Shown one piece after another: positions 31,507 to 41,441 of a stretch of 60,957 nt of DNA. The position numbers and the translations under genes are program-made. The stretch is taken from sequence record SRR20825019_2180, one strand, 5' to 3'. Under the pieces are notes generated by a model. It was not told the DNA's origin. It ran no database searches and worked only from the letters and a program-made list of their open reading frames with translations. Every line of letters starts with the position of its first letter. The stretch's first letter is position 1.

Positions 31507-31980
31507 ATGCAGATTACTTTGATTGCCATTGGAAAAACCGACAAGTCTGAACTTGAAGAACTTATAACTGTTTACGAGAAACGGCTAAAGCATTACATCA
31601 AGTTTCAAATTGACATCATTCCTGACATCAAAAACCGTAAAAACCTCTCCGAAGTACAGCAAAAGGATAAGGAGGGCGAACTTATTCTAGCTCAATTGCA
31701 ACCCACGGACACTTTGATACTGCTGGATGAAAAGGGCAAGCAATACAGTTCGATGGACTTTGCACAATTTCTTCAAAAAAAGATGAATAGCGGCATTAAA
31801 AACCTTGTCCTTGTCATTGGAGGTCCTTATGGATTTAGTGATGCCGTCTATGCCAAGAGCTCAGGTAAAATAAGTTTGTCCAAAATGACCTTTTCCCACC
31901 AAATGGTGCGATTGTTCATAGTGGAACAGATTTATAGAGGGTTTACTATTCTCAGGAACGAGCCCTATCATCATCAATGA
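31507..31980 (+). CDS. rlmH: 23S rRNA (pseudouridine1915-N3)-methyltransferase
   Basis: LDEKGK, IGGPYG, LSKMTFSHQMVR, EQIYR, EPYHH. Confidence 0.98.
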   Translation: MQITLIAIGKTDKSELEELITVYEKRLKHYIKFQIDIIPDIKNRKNLSEVQQKDKEGELILAQLQPTDTLILLDEKGKQYSSMDFAQFLQKKMNSGIKNLVLVIGGPYGFSDAVYAKSSGKISLSKMTFSHQMVRLFIVEQIYRGFTILRNEPYHHQ

Positions 31981-32006
31981 ATTGGATAAAAGACCGCTGC
32001 GCTTTA

Positions 32007-32088
32007 AAAGACAAGACAAAAGACTTTTTCCTGATTATTTGATCATTACATCTTGACTCTTATGTCTTATGGTGTCTTATGTCTAATA
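32007..32088. repeat. Degenerate inverted heptamer arrays (AAGAC-rich left arm, TCTTATG right arm)
   Basis: aaagacaagacaaaagac ... tcttgac tcttatg tcttatg gtg tcttatg tctaata. Confidence 0.65.
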
Positions 32089-32090
32089 AA

Positions 32091-33983
32091 CTAGTAAAGC
32101 ACCCTAAACTTGATGGTGTTCTCAATTTTCTTGAGCGCTTTGATTACATCCTTGTCATATTCCTTGTCCAAATCAGTGATTACATAACCTACTTCACTAT
32201 CGGTTGAAAGATACTGACCAGAAATGTTCAGTCCGTATTGCGCCAATATTTCATTGATCTTGGCCATGATACCCGGAACATTTCTATGAATGTGCAAGAA
32301 GCGATGAGCTTTGTTCTGTTTAGGCAAACGTATATTCGGGAAGTTAACGGCATCCACCGTATTTCCCGTATTAATGTAATCCATGATCTTGTTTGGCACA
32401 AAATCCGCAATGTCGCGCTGTGCTTCCTCGGTACTACCTCCAATATGCGGTGTAAGAATAACATTGGAAAGCCCTTGTAACGGGGTTTGAAATTCTCCGT
32501 TGCTACGTGGCTCGGAAGGATAAACATCTACAGCAGCTCCTCCCAATTTCCCACTTTTTAAGGCAGATGCCAGAGCGTCAATATCAACAACGAAACCTCT
32601 AGACAGGTTAATGAGCTTTGCACCATCCTTCATTTGGTTGATCTCGCGCTCTCCTATAAAGTTTTTATTGGCCTTATTGTCATCAACATGTAAGGTGACC
32701 ACATCTGAAACATTCAGCAAGTCTTCCAATGTATTGCATTTAACGGCGTTTCCGATGGCCAACTGATCGTCGACATCGTAATAATACACCTTCATCCCCA
32801 TGGCCTCGGCCAAAACGGACATCTGTTTACCAATGTTGCCATAACCTACAATACCTAGGTTTTTTCCGCGAACTTCTTGCGATCCAGCAGCGGTCTTGTT
32901 CCACTCTCCATTATGGATTTCCGTGCTTCTTGGGAAAATACTACGCATCAACATAATAATCTGCCCTATGGCAAGCTCCACTACGGAACGGGTGTTGCTA
33001 TATGGGGCATTGAAGACCACAACCCCTTTTTTCTTGCTGTATTCCAAGTCTATTTGGGTGGTTCCGATACAAAATGCACCTACCACCAATAATTTATCGG
33101 CTGCATCCAAAACTTTTTGGGTCACCTGTGTTTTGGACCTGATTCCAAGTACATGAACTCCTTTGATACGCTCAATAAGTTCATCTTCGGAAAGACTGGT
33201 TTTGATCAATTCTACTGAAAATCCTTCTTCCGAAAGATTGTCAAAAGCTGCAGTATGAACATTTTCCAGTAAAAGGATCTTGATTCTGTTCTTGGGGTAT
33301 GATAAGTTTCTTGGCAAATCGTTTATATATAAAAATTCATCTAAATTCGGTGTAACGTGGTCGGCATTGCTTGCCGCCTTTTCGCGATGCACGTTTTCGG
33401 TGTAGGCGAAAAACTTATGGGCTATTCCGGCCTCGCGCATTACATAATCGCTATAACCGTCGCCTATTACTTGGACCTCGCCTTCCAAGTCCAGGTTCTT
33501 TAAACACTCTATTTTTCCGTTGTGTGCGGCCAAAACATTTGTTTCGTCAAAACCGATAATATTTCCATCGGCATCAAATTTAAATGTGTTGGCATACACC
33601 CTTTCGGATGGAATGTTGTATTCTTCAACTATTGGGTCAATAAATTCCTTGAAACCGCAGGAAATCACATAAATATCCTCTGAGAACTCGTGAAAAAATT
33701 GTTTGTTGGCTTCAATCGATTTTGAGATTTTTTGTCGGAGCTCTTTTACCAAATTCTCCAAATCGCTCTTGTTGGCACTCAACAAACGAATTCTTCGTTC
33801 CAAGGATTCCGTGAAAGAAATATCCCCATCAATCCCTAAATTGGTGATTTTTTGGATTTCCGCCACGATCTCGTTCCTTTTTGGATTGCCTTGCAGGGTC
33901 ATTTCAGCTAAAACATCCAACGCCTCAACACGTGTGAGCGTACTGTCAAAATCGAACACATATTTGCGTCCTGTCTCTACCAT
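32091..33983 (-). CDS. serA: Fused HAD phosphoserine phosphatase + D-3-phosphoglycerate dehydrogenase (with ACT domain)
   Basis: N-terminal FDFDSTL...GDGYSD HAD motifs; then LGIRSKT, FNAPYSNTRSVVE, GYGNIG, TPHIGGSTEEAQ, ACT tail. Confidence 0.95.
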   Translation of the reverse strand: MVETGRKYVFDFDSTLTRVEALDVLAEMTLQGNPKRNEIVAEIQKITNLGIDGDISFTESLERRIRLLSANKSDLENLVKELRQKISKSIEANKQFFHEFSEDIYVISCGFKEFIDPIVEEYNIPSERVYANTFKFDADGNIIGFDETNVLAAHNGKIECLKNLDLEGEVQVIGDGYSDYVMREAGIAHKFFAYTENVHREKAASNADHVTPNLDEFLYINDLPRNLSYPKNRIKILLLENVHTAAFDNLSEEGFSVELIKTSLSEDELIERIKGVHVLGIRSKTQVTQKVLDAADKLLVVGAFCIGTTQIDLEYSKKKGVVVFNAPYSNTRSVVELAIGQIIMLMRSIFPRSTEIHNGEWNKTAAGSQEVRGKNLGIVGYGNIGKQMSVLAEAMGMKVYYYDVDDQLAIGNAVKCNTLEDLLNVSDVVTLHVDDNKANKNFIGEREINQMKDGAKLINLSRGFVVDIDALASALKSGKLGGAAVDVYPSEPRSNGEFQTPLQGLSNVILTPHIGGSTEEAQRDIADFVPNKIMDYINTGNTVDAVNFPNIRLPKQNKAHRFLHIHRNVPGIMAKINEILAQYGLNISGQYLSTDSEVGYVITDLDKEYDKDVIKALKKIENTIKFRVLY

Positions 33984-34141
33984 GGGTCGTTTCAAAAAAA
34001 TTAAGGTGTAAAATTAAACATTAATTCCATCCTTATAATCGGAAGATGCCAAAAACCTTACACATTTACAGATAAATCAAAAAACCATTACGATTTGTTT
34101 TAAATAGCACCCAAAAAAGTGAATTTTTCAATTTCCCTTTC

Positions 34142-34594
34142 TTAAAACCAACGTCTTGTGAGCTTACAATAGATATTATATTCTTGACCAAATATTTTTT
34201 TAAGAGCCTCCTCTTCGGGTTTAATCTGGAAATGGTTCATATAGGAAACAAATCCCGCCGCAACTAAAGTATTAAAGGCGTTTCCCAGATTGAGACCATA
34301 GGCCAATAAAAAAAGTAACATTCCCAAATACATGGGGTTACGCGTATAATTGTAGATGCCATTGGTTACCAATTTGGATGCTTTATTTGGATTCAATGGG
34401 TCCGTTGTAGTTTTTTTTATCAAAAACTGAATCACGGAAATCACAATTATTGAAACTCCGAGACCGAACAACACTATCATGAGCCAATGTTTCCCAAAAA
34501 AATCGAACTCACCTACTGGCAGAAACCTGTCCAAAACATACATCAAAACTCCAAAAACCAACATCACCAAAGCAGGTGGCACTTTCATTTTCAT
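34142..34594 (-). CDS. Isoprenylcysteine carboxylmethyltransferase (ICMT/PEMT) family membrane protein
   Basis: LVTNGIYNYTRNPMYLG, EEEAL...FGQEY..Y...TRRW. Confidence 0.92.
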   Translation of the reverse strand: MKMKVPPALVMLVFGVLMYVLDRFLPVGEFDFFGKHWLMIVLFGLGVSIIVISVIQFLIKKTTTDPLNPNKASKLVTNGIYNYTRNPMYLGMLLFLLAYGLNLGNAFNTLVAAGFVSYMNHFQIKPEEEALKKIFGQEYNIYCKLTRRWF

Positions 34595-34655
34595 ATAAAC
34601 TTGGTTAAACCCCGAAATTACTACTTTTGAATCTCAAATAGAACCCTTTTTTGAT

Positions 34656-35237
34656 TTGAAACTAGTTTTTGCCACACATAACGACAACAAGCTAAAGGAA
34701 GTTCAGCAATTACTTCCTGAAAATATTGAATTGTTGTCCTTAAAGGATATTGAATGCTTTGATGAAATTCCAGAAACCGGTGACACCCTAGAAGAAAACG
34801 CCAAAATCAAGGCGGATTTTGTAACCCAAACCTATGGGTTGGACTGCTTTTCGGATGATACGGGTTTGCTTGTAGATGCTTTGGACGGAGCGCCCGGAGT
34901 CTATTCCGCTAGATATGCCGGAGAACAAAAGAATGCCGAGAACAATATGTCTAAATTATTATCCGAATTGGTGGATGGTACTGACCGGTCAGCACACTTT
35001 AAAACCGTGATCCATTTAAACCTAAAAGGCGAAAGTTTCACTTTCGATGGCATTGTTGAGGGACAAATTACCACCGAACAGCATGGAAAAGGAGGTTTTG
35101 GCTACGACCCAATTTTTAGACCTGATGGATACAACAAAACCTTTGGTGAGCTGCCTCCAGAGACCAAAAACGCTATTAGTCACCGAGGTAGGGCCATACA
35201 AAAATTGGTGGATTTTTTAAAAAAGAAGGCAACTTAG
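34656..35237 (+). CDS. rdgB: Non-canonical purine NTP pyrophosphatase (RdgB/HAM1)
   Basis: ATHNDNKLKE, DDTGL, GAPGVYSARYAG, GFGYDPIF, KNAISHRG; TTG start. Confidence 0.96.
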   Translation: MKLVFATHNDNKLKEVQQLLPENIELLSLKDIECFDEIPETGDTLEENAKIKADFVTQTYGLDCFSDDTGLLVDALDGAPGVYSARYAGEQKNAENNMSKLLSELVDGTDRSAHFKTVIHLNLKGESFTFDGIVEGQITTEQHGKGGFGYDPIFRPDGYNKTFGELPPETKNAISHRGRAIQKLVDFLKKKAT

Positions 35238-35383
35238 CTTGCACCGATCAAAATAAGTGTACCTTTGCCGCTTTATTAACGCCGCCGGTATGGGCAAGGT
35301 GTTGTGATGGGCTTGAACGGGAAATACTAAAAATCGCTCTATACAACACAAACATATTTGCGATTTAAGGTATTTACACCGCT

Positions 35384-37141
35384 ATGACAAAATTTGAAGC
35401 CTTGGGGTTGGACAAACCCCTATTGGATGCTATTTCCGACCTTGGATTTGAATCCCCCTCTGAAGTACAAGAAAAATCAATCCCAATTTTATTGGACCAA
35501 GAAACCGATTTGGTTGCCTTGGCACAAACAGGAACAGGTAAAACCGCTGCCTTTGGATTTCCGATGATTCAAAAAATCCAACACGACAGTAGAACCACCC
35601 AAGGATTGATTCTCTCCCCTACTCGGGAACTCTGTTTACAGATCACCAACGAATTAAAACTTTATTCCAAATACGTAAAAGGAATCAATGTTGTTGCCAT
35701 TTATGGTGGTGCCAGCATTACCGACCAGGCCAGACAGATAAAAAGAGGGGCGCAGATTGTTGTTGCCACTCCCGGTCGTATGAAGGACATGATCGGCCGA
35801 AACATGGTGGACATCTCCAAAATTGACTATTGCGTACTGGACGAAGCCGATGAAATGTTGAACATGGGCTTCTATGAGGATATCAAGGACATTTTGTCCA
35901 ATACTCCCAAAGAAAAGTTTACATGGCTGTTCTCGGCAACTATGCCGAAAGAAGTGGCTACCATTGCCAAAAAGTTCATGCACAACCCAGTAGAGATTAC
36001 TGTTGGTTCCAAAAATGCAGGCGCCTCTACGGTACAACATGAATATTATGTAGTAGGTGGACGTGACCGTTACGCTGCCCTTAAACGTTTGGCCGATGCC
36101 AACCCAGGTATCTTTTCTGTAGTGTTCTGTAGAACCAAAAGAGATACACAACGTGTGGCAGAAAAATTGATTGAAGATGGATACAATGCCGGTGCGCTAC
36201 ATGGTGATTTGAGCCAAAATCAGCGTGATTTGGTCATGAATTCGTTCCGTAAAAAACAAGTACAGATGTTGGTAGCTACCGATGTGGCTGCCCGTGGTAT
36301 CGATGTGGACGATGTTACCCACGTAATCAACTATCAATTGCCCGATGAAATCGAGACCTATACTCACCGAAGCGGTCGTACCGGACGTGCCGGAAAATCC
36401 GGAATTTCCATGGTTATTATCACTCGTTCAGAGTTAAGGAAGATCAAGGCCATTGAGAAAAAAATACAGCAAGATTTTATTTCCAAAAAGATTCCTGACG
36501 GCATTGAAATCTGCGAGATTCAATTGTACCACTTGGCCAATAAGATAAAAGAAACCAAGGTAAACGCAGAAATCGACAGCTATTTGCCTGCTATAAACGA
36601 TGTACTTGAAGGAGTTGATCGGGAAGAGCTGATCAAGAAGATATTTTCAGTAGAATTCACCCAATTCTACAATTATTATAGCAAGACCAAAGACCTCAAC
36701 AGTCAAGATGCTGAAAGAGGAAATGGTGCATCCAAAGGTGATATACCCACGGAAGGTTCCGTACGATACTTTATCAATGTTGGGGAACGCGATGGTTATG
36801 ATTGGATGAGCCTGAAGGATTTCCTCAGAGACACCTTGAACTTGGAAAAAGAAGACGTCTACAATGTGGACACCAAAGATTCTTTCTCCTTTTTTAATAC
36901 CGATGCCCAACTCACTGAATTCATCCTTCAAACCTTTACCGATTTTAAATTGGAAGGACGCTTCATAAACGTGGAAGTTTCCAAGAATCCAGGCGCCGGT
37001 GGCGGTGGAAAAGGTGGAAAAAAACGTCGAGGCAATAAAGGCGGTGGCGGAAACCGAAGAGGTGGCAACAAGTCATATAAAGGAGGAAAAAAAGGAGGTT
37101 ACGGCAAAAAAGGAGGTAAGAAAAAGCAGGGCTTTTATTAG
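35384..37141 (+). CDS. DEAD-box RNA helicase with DbpA-type RNA-binding domain and G/K-rich tail
   Basis: AQTGTGKT, PTREL, TPGR, DEAD, SAT, HRSGRTGRAG. Confidence 0.97.
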   Translation: MTKFEALGLDKPLLDAISDLGFESPSEVQEKSIPILLDQETDLVALAQTGTGKTAAFGFPMIQKIQHDSRTTQGLILSPTRELCLQITNELKLYSKYVKGINVVAIYGGASITDQARQIKRGAQIVVATPGRMKDMIGRNMVDISKIDYCVLDEADEMLNMGFYEDIKDILSNTPKEKFTWLFSATMPKEVATIAKKFMHNPVEITVGSKNAGASTVQHEYYVVGGRDRYAALKRLADANPGIFSVVFCRTKRDTQRVAEKLIEDGYNAGALHGDLSQNQRDLVMNSFRKKQVQMLVATDVAARGIDVDDVTHVINYQLPDEIETYTHRSGRTGRAGKSGISMVIITRSELRKIKAIEKKIQQDFISKKIPDGIEICEIQLYHLANKIKETKVNAEIDSYLPAINDVLEGVDREELIKKIFSVEFTQFYNYYSKTKDLNSQDAERGNGASKGDIPTEGSVRYFINVGERDGYDWMSLKDFLRDTLNLEKEDVYNVDTKDSFSFFNTDAQLTEFILQTFTDFKLEGRFINVEVSKNPGAGGGGKGGKKRRGNKGGGGNRRGGNKSYKGGKKGGYGKKGGKKKQGFY

Positions 37142-37216
37142 TTAATTCTATATTAAATGATAAGTCCCTCCTGTTTATTTTTCTTTGTTTAGTATTTTTA
37201 TACCTACAAAGATTGC

Positions 37217-37999
37217 ATGAGAAGAGTACTACTTATACTATTGTCCCTATTTCCTTTGCTCGGTTTTTCACAAACCGATAGTGGAGAATCCCAAGAAGTA
37301 AAGGATTTTACGGCTACGGTGATTAATGCCCAAACGGAATATCCCTTGGAGAGTGTTCACGTAGTCAATCTTAATCAGGTTAAGGGGACCATTACCAATC
37401 AAGATGGTAAGTTTACCATTCCTGCTGCGGTGAACGATACACTGTACTTTTCCTATCTTGGTTTTAAGACCCAAAAAGTGAGGGTCACCAACGATATGTT
37501 CCGATTTGGAGATACCGAAATTGCATTGACCGAACTTGCCTATGCCTTGGAAGAGGTTGTGGTAACACCATATCAGCTTACAGGATACCTCGAAATTGAT
37601 GTAAAGAACCTTCCGGTGAACAATGCATATCAATATAGCATCTCCGGATTGAACACAAGTTACGAAGCCGGTAATAAAAGCCCAAGTGCAGTCACCAAAG
37701 TACTCGGGGCCATTTTGAACCCTGCCGATTTGCTACGGAATCTTTTCGGTAAAAAGCCAAGGCAGATGCGTAAGCTTCGTCAAATCAAGGAAGATGATAA
37801 TATCAGGGACCTTTTGGCTTCAAAATTTGATAGGGAAACCTTGACCGAGCTCCTTCAATTGGAAAAAGTGGACATAGAGGACATCCTCAACAACTGTAAC
37901 TACTCAAAATCCTTCATTAAAACAGCTAACGACCTTCAGATATTGGATGCAATTTCCAGTTGTTACGAAGAATATAAAGTACTCAACCGCACCCAATAA
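37217..37999 (+). CDS. Carboxypeptidase-regulatory-like domain exported protein
   Basis: Signal peptide; GTITNQDGKFTI...DTLYFSYLGF...LEEVVV. Confidence 0.82.
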   Translation: MRRVLLILLSLFPLLGFSQTDSGESQEVKDFTATVINAQTEYPLESVHVVNLNQVKGTITNQDGKFTIPAAVNDTLYFSYLGFKTQKVRVTNDMFRFGDTEIALTELAYALEEVVVTPYQLTGYLEIDVKNLPVNNAYQYSISGLNTSYEAGNKSPSAVTKVLGAILNPADLLRNLFGKKPRQMRKLRQIKEDDNIRDLLASKFDRETLTELLQLEKVDIEDILNNCNYSKSFIKTANDLQILDAISSCYEEYKVLNRTQ

Positions 38000-38098
38000 A
38001 TAGTACGATAAGAATAGTTTTCGGGATTGTTTAAAACGGATATAAATAAATTTTATATTTACCAAGGCATTTTATAGCTTTAAACAAATTCCCAATTC

Positions 38099-39781
38099 AT
38101 GAAAAAACTCCTTGTTGTTTTGTTTTCGATACCCTTATTTATTGGCTGCAAAAAAGTTAAAAAAGAACAGGAAGTGACGCAGGTAGTTGTGTCGGAAACC
38201 CCTAAAAAGGAGGTTCCGTTTGTTTGGGAAGGTGCCAATATTTACTTCTTGTTGACCGATCGCTTCAACAATGGAAATCCCAACAACGATATCAACTTTG
38301 ACCGAACTGAAGAGACTGCCGTACTAAGAGGTTTTGAAGGAGGCGATATTCAAGGAATCACAAAAAAGATAGAAGAGGGGTATTTTACCGATTTGGGTAT
38401 CAATGCTATATGGTTCACCCCGATAGTAGAGCAAATTCATGGCGGAACCGACGAGGGAACGGGAAAAACCTATGGTTATCATGGGTATTGGACCAAAGAT
38501 TGGACCGCTATAGACCCTAATTTTGGAACTAAAAGCGACCTTTCCAAACTTGTAAAAACAGCACATAGTAAAGGAATCCGAGTAATTTTGGACGTAGTTC
38601 TCAACCATACTGGGCCCGTTACGGACAAAGACCCCGTTTGGCCAGATGATTGGGTAAGAACTGGACCAACTTGTGAGTTCACAACCTATGAAAATACTAC
38701 GGAATGTACGCTAGTGGCAAACTTACCCGATATTCTTACCGAATCCAATGAACCCGTAGAACTGCCCGATGCACTTTTGGCAAAATGGAAAGTTGAGGGC
38801 CGTTTGAGCAAGGAACTCGACGAACTCCAGTTGTTTTTTGAACGCACGGGCTACCCAAGGGCACCCCGCTACTACATTATTAAATGGCTAACGGATTACA
38901 TCAACGAATTTGGTGTTGACGGTTTTAGGGTGGATACTGTAAAACATGTCAACGAAAATGCTTGGACCGACCTCCATAAAGAAGCGGACTACACTTTTGA
39001 AATGTGGAAAAAGAAACATGAAAACAGCGTATTGGATGACAATCCTTTTTACATGGTCGGGGAAGTCTACAATTATGGCATATCCAGTGGAAGGGATTTT
39101 GATTTTGGTGACAAGAAAGTGGATTTCTTTGATTATGGATTCAAAAGTCTTATCAACTTTGAGCTAAAGCATGATGCGGACAATGATTATGAGAGCATTT
39201 TCACGAAATATAGCAAATTGCTGCATACCAAATTACAGGATAAAAGTGTACTCAATTATTTGACCTCACATGACGATGGCTCCCCTTATGATAAAAATCG
39301 CTCCAAACCATATCGTTCCGCAAATGTATTGCTGTTGACCCCCGGGGCTTCGCAAGTGTATTACGGTGACGAAACCGCTAGAAGCCTTACCATTGAAGGA
39401 GCTGAAGGCGACGCAACACTCAGGTCGTTTATGAACTGGGAAGATTTGGACAGCTTGCCCGAAACAAAAAAAATACACAAGCATTGGCAAAAACTCGGAC
39501 AGTTTAGGGCCAATCATCCTGCCATCGGTGCAGGCAAGCACAAACGTTTGGCCAAATCACCCTATGTATTTTCCAGGACATACGAAAATGGAGATTACCG
39601 TGATAAGGTGGTTGTCGGGTTGGATTTGCCAAAAGGCAAGAAGTCGCTATGGGTCAAAGGTTTCTTTGGTGATGGCACCACCTTGTACGACACCTATTCC
39701 GAAACCCAGGTCGTTGTGGCCAACGGAAAAGTGATTTTGGACAATGATTTCGATATCGCCCTTTTGGAACTTGTGGAATAG
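38099..39781 (+). CDS. Alpha-amylase family (GH13) lipoprotein
   Basis: Lipobox FIG-C; TDRFNNG, GYHGYW, DVVLNH, GFRVDTVKH, GEV, SHDD. Confidence 0.95.
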   Translation: MKKLLVVLFSIPLFIGCKKVKKEQEVTQVVVSETPKKEVPFVWEGANIYFLLTDRFNNGNPNNDINFDRTEETAVLRGFEGGDIQGITKKIEEGYFTDLGINAIWFTPIVEQIHGGTDEGTGKTYGYHGYWTKDWTAIDPNFGTKSDLSKLVKTAHSKGIRVILDVVLNHTGPVTDKDPVWPDDWVRTGPTCEFTTYENTTECTLVANLPDILTESNEPVELPDALLAKWKVEGRLSKELDELQLFFERTGYPRAPRYYIIKWLTDYINEFGVDGFRVDTVKHVNENAWTDLHKEADYTFEMWKKKHENSVLDDNPFYMVGEVYNYGISSGRDFDFGDKKVDFFDYGFKSLINFELKHDADNDYESIFTKYSKLLHTKLQDKSVLNYLTSHDDGSPYDKNRSKPYRSANVLLLTPGASQVYYGDETARSLTIEGAEGDATLRSFMNWEDLDSLPETKKIHKHWQKLGQFRANHPAIGAGKHKRLAKSPYVFSRTYENGDYRDKVVVGLDLPKGKKSLWVKGFFGDGTTLYDTYSETQVVVANGKVILDNDFDIALLELVE

Positions 39782-39784
39782 ACC

Positions 39785-40165
39785 TTATTGTCTGGAATGC
39801 AAAGCAATCCGATTTCCCTCAGAATCCAGAAAAACCGCCATGTACCCTATATCGGGCCTTATTTGTGTCTTGGACTGAATAATCTTCCCTCCATTAGACT
39901 CAATACGGTCCAGTTCATTTTGAACGTCCAAACTATTGAAGTAAACCAGCACCCCATCAGTTTCACTGGGCTTGTACCAATCCTTATTTTGAATTAAAGA
40001 ACCTGCAGCCCCAGGCTTTCCATGATCCGCTGGAAACCACCCCATTTGGGTTCCCCCAAAATCCTCTAAACTTATTTCAATCTGAAAAACAGCTTCATAA
40101 AACTTTTTTGCACGGTCCATATCCGCTACGGGTATCTCGAACCAGCCAACCATATTATAATCCAT
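39785..40165 (-). CDS. VOC (glyoxalase/bleomycin resistance) family protein
   Basis: VGWFEIPVADMDRAKKFY, FLDSEGNRIALHS. Confidence 0.92.
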   Translation of the reverse strand: MDYNMVGWFEIPVADMDRAKKFYEAVFQIEISLEDFGGTQMGWFPADHGKPGAAGSLIQNKDWYKPSETDGVLVYFNSLDVQNELDRIESNGGKIIQSKTQIRPDIGYMAVFLDSEGNRIALHSRQ

Positions 40166-40168
40166 CGC

Positions 40169-40696
40169 TTAATTATTTTCTAAAATTTCCTTCAAACTTG
40201 CCAGACCTTCTTCAAAATCCTTTCCAACAGCTTTGTCCATGCTCATGAACAGCATCATTATACTCATGGGGAATACATTCTTTCCCGAGAATCCCCAAAT
40301 AACTTTGGTTCTATCACTCCCAACCTCTACAGTTTCTATATAAGCATCCGAAGTGGATTTAAAAGGTTTTAAAAACCTAAGTTCACTTTCAATACGTTTA
40401 CCTTCAACGATTTTGGTAATCTCCTGCTCCCCTTCGCCCACTTGTTTATTTCCTTTCCAATAACTGAGAGCACCCACTTGACCATCTGTACCTGTAAATT
40501 CCTGATGCATATTGGGGTCACGTTTGGCCCACGGGGACCACTCATCCTGATTCTTCAAAGATTTGAGATAGTTAAAAACCTCATTTTTGGGCCGTTTAAT
40601 TTCGATGGAACGGGAAACATTATAATTTTTTGGTGCAATGGCGGCCAGCAAAAGAAGAAGCGCGGCTATTGCCAAGACAATATAAAGTATTAGCAT
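40169..40696 (-). CDS. SRPBCC (START/polyketide cyclase-like) family protein
   Basis: N-terminal TM; VSRSIEI, WSPW, GKDFEEGLASLK. Confidence 0.88.
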   Translation of the reverse strand: MLILYIVLAIAALLLLLAAIAPKNYNVSRSIEIKRPKNEVFNYLKSLKNQDEWSPWAKRDPNMHQEFTGTDGQVGALSYWKGNKQVGEGEQEITKIVEGKRIESELRFLKPFKSTSDAYIETVEVGSDRTKVIWGFSGKNVFPMSIMMLFMSMDKAVGKDFEEGLASLKEILENN

Positions 40697-40740
40697 AACT
40701 GTGTAATTGATTGATTAACAACTAAAAGTACAAAAATAAT

Positions 40741-41394
40741 TTACTCCACCAGATATCTTTTTATGATACCATCCACGTTTTTAATGGATTTTTTGGTCCA
40801 ATCCAACCGTTTCTCAAGCATCTCTATATCAGATAATTGCCATTCAACTTGAGAGTTGCGCACTTTTTGGGCCAATTGCTGTATGATGATAGCTGCGGAG
40901 ACGGATACATTCAGACTCTCGGAAAAACCCACCATCGGAATTTTAAGAAAACCATCTGCTTGCTCCATTACCTCCTTGGACAGCCCCTTTCTCTCCGTAC
41001 CAAAAAAGATGGCGGACTTCTCCAAAGGAGAAAAGTCGGGCAACAGCGTGGAATCGTTGTGAGGTGTAGTAGCGATTATTTGATAACCATCTTCCCTCAA
41101 TTTGGAAATGCAATCAGCTACATTTTTATAGCGGTACACGTCCACCCATTGCTCCGCACCCATGGCAATATTCTTGTCCAAACGTTTACCAAAACGACTT
41201 TCTACTACATGAATGTCTTGGACTCCAAAAGCATCGCAACTACGTAGAATCGCACTGGTATTGTGCAATTGATATACATCTTCGACCGCTACCGTGATAT
41301 GCCTCGTTCGTTGCTGAAGTACTTCCAAAAAACGCCGCTTTCGCTCTTCGGTCAGGTAGGTTTCCAAATATGTCAACAAGTCATTATCAAACAT
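40741..41394 (-). CDS. TrmH/SpoU family RNA methyltransferase
   Basis: HNTSAILRSCDAFG, FGTERKGLS, IPMVGFSESLNVSV. Confidence 0.93.
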   Translation of the reverse strand: MFDNDLLTYLETYLTEERKRRFLEVLQQRTRHITVAVEDVYQLHNTSAILRSCDAFGVQDIHVVESRFGKRLDKNIAMGAEQWVDVYRYKNVADCISKLREDGYQIIATTPHNDSTLLPDFSPLEKSAIFFGTERKGLSKEVMEQADGFLKIPMVGFSESLNVSVSAAIIIQQLAQKVRNSQVEWQLSDIEMLEKRLDWTKKSIKNVDGIIKRYLVE

Positions 41395-41441
41395 AAAACC
41401 AAGATAGGAAAAATTGGAAATGTTATCTTAGTTACAAATTA

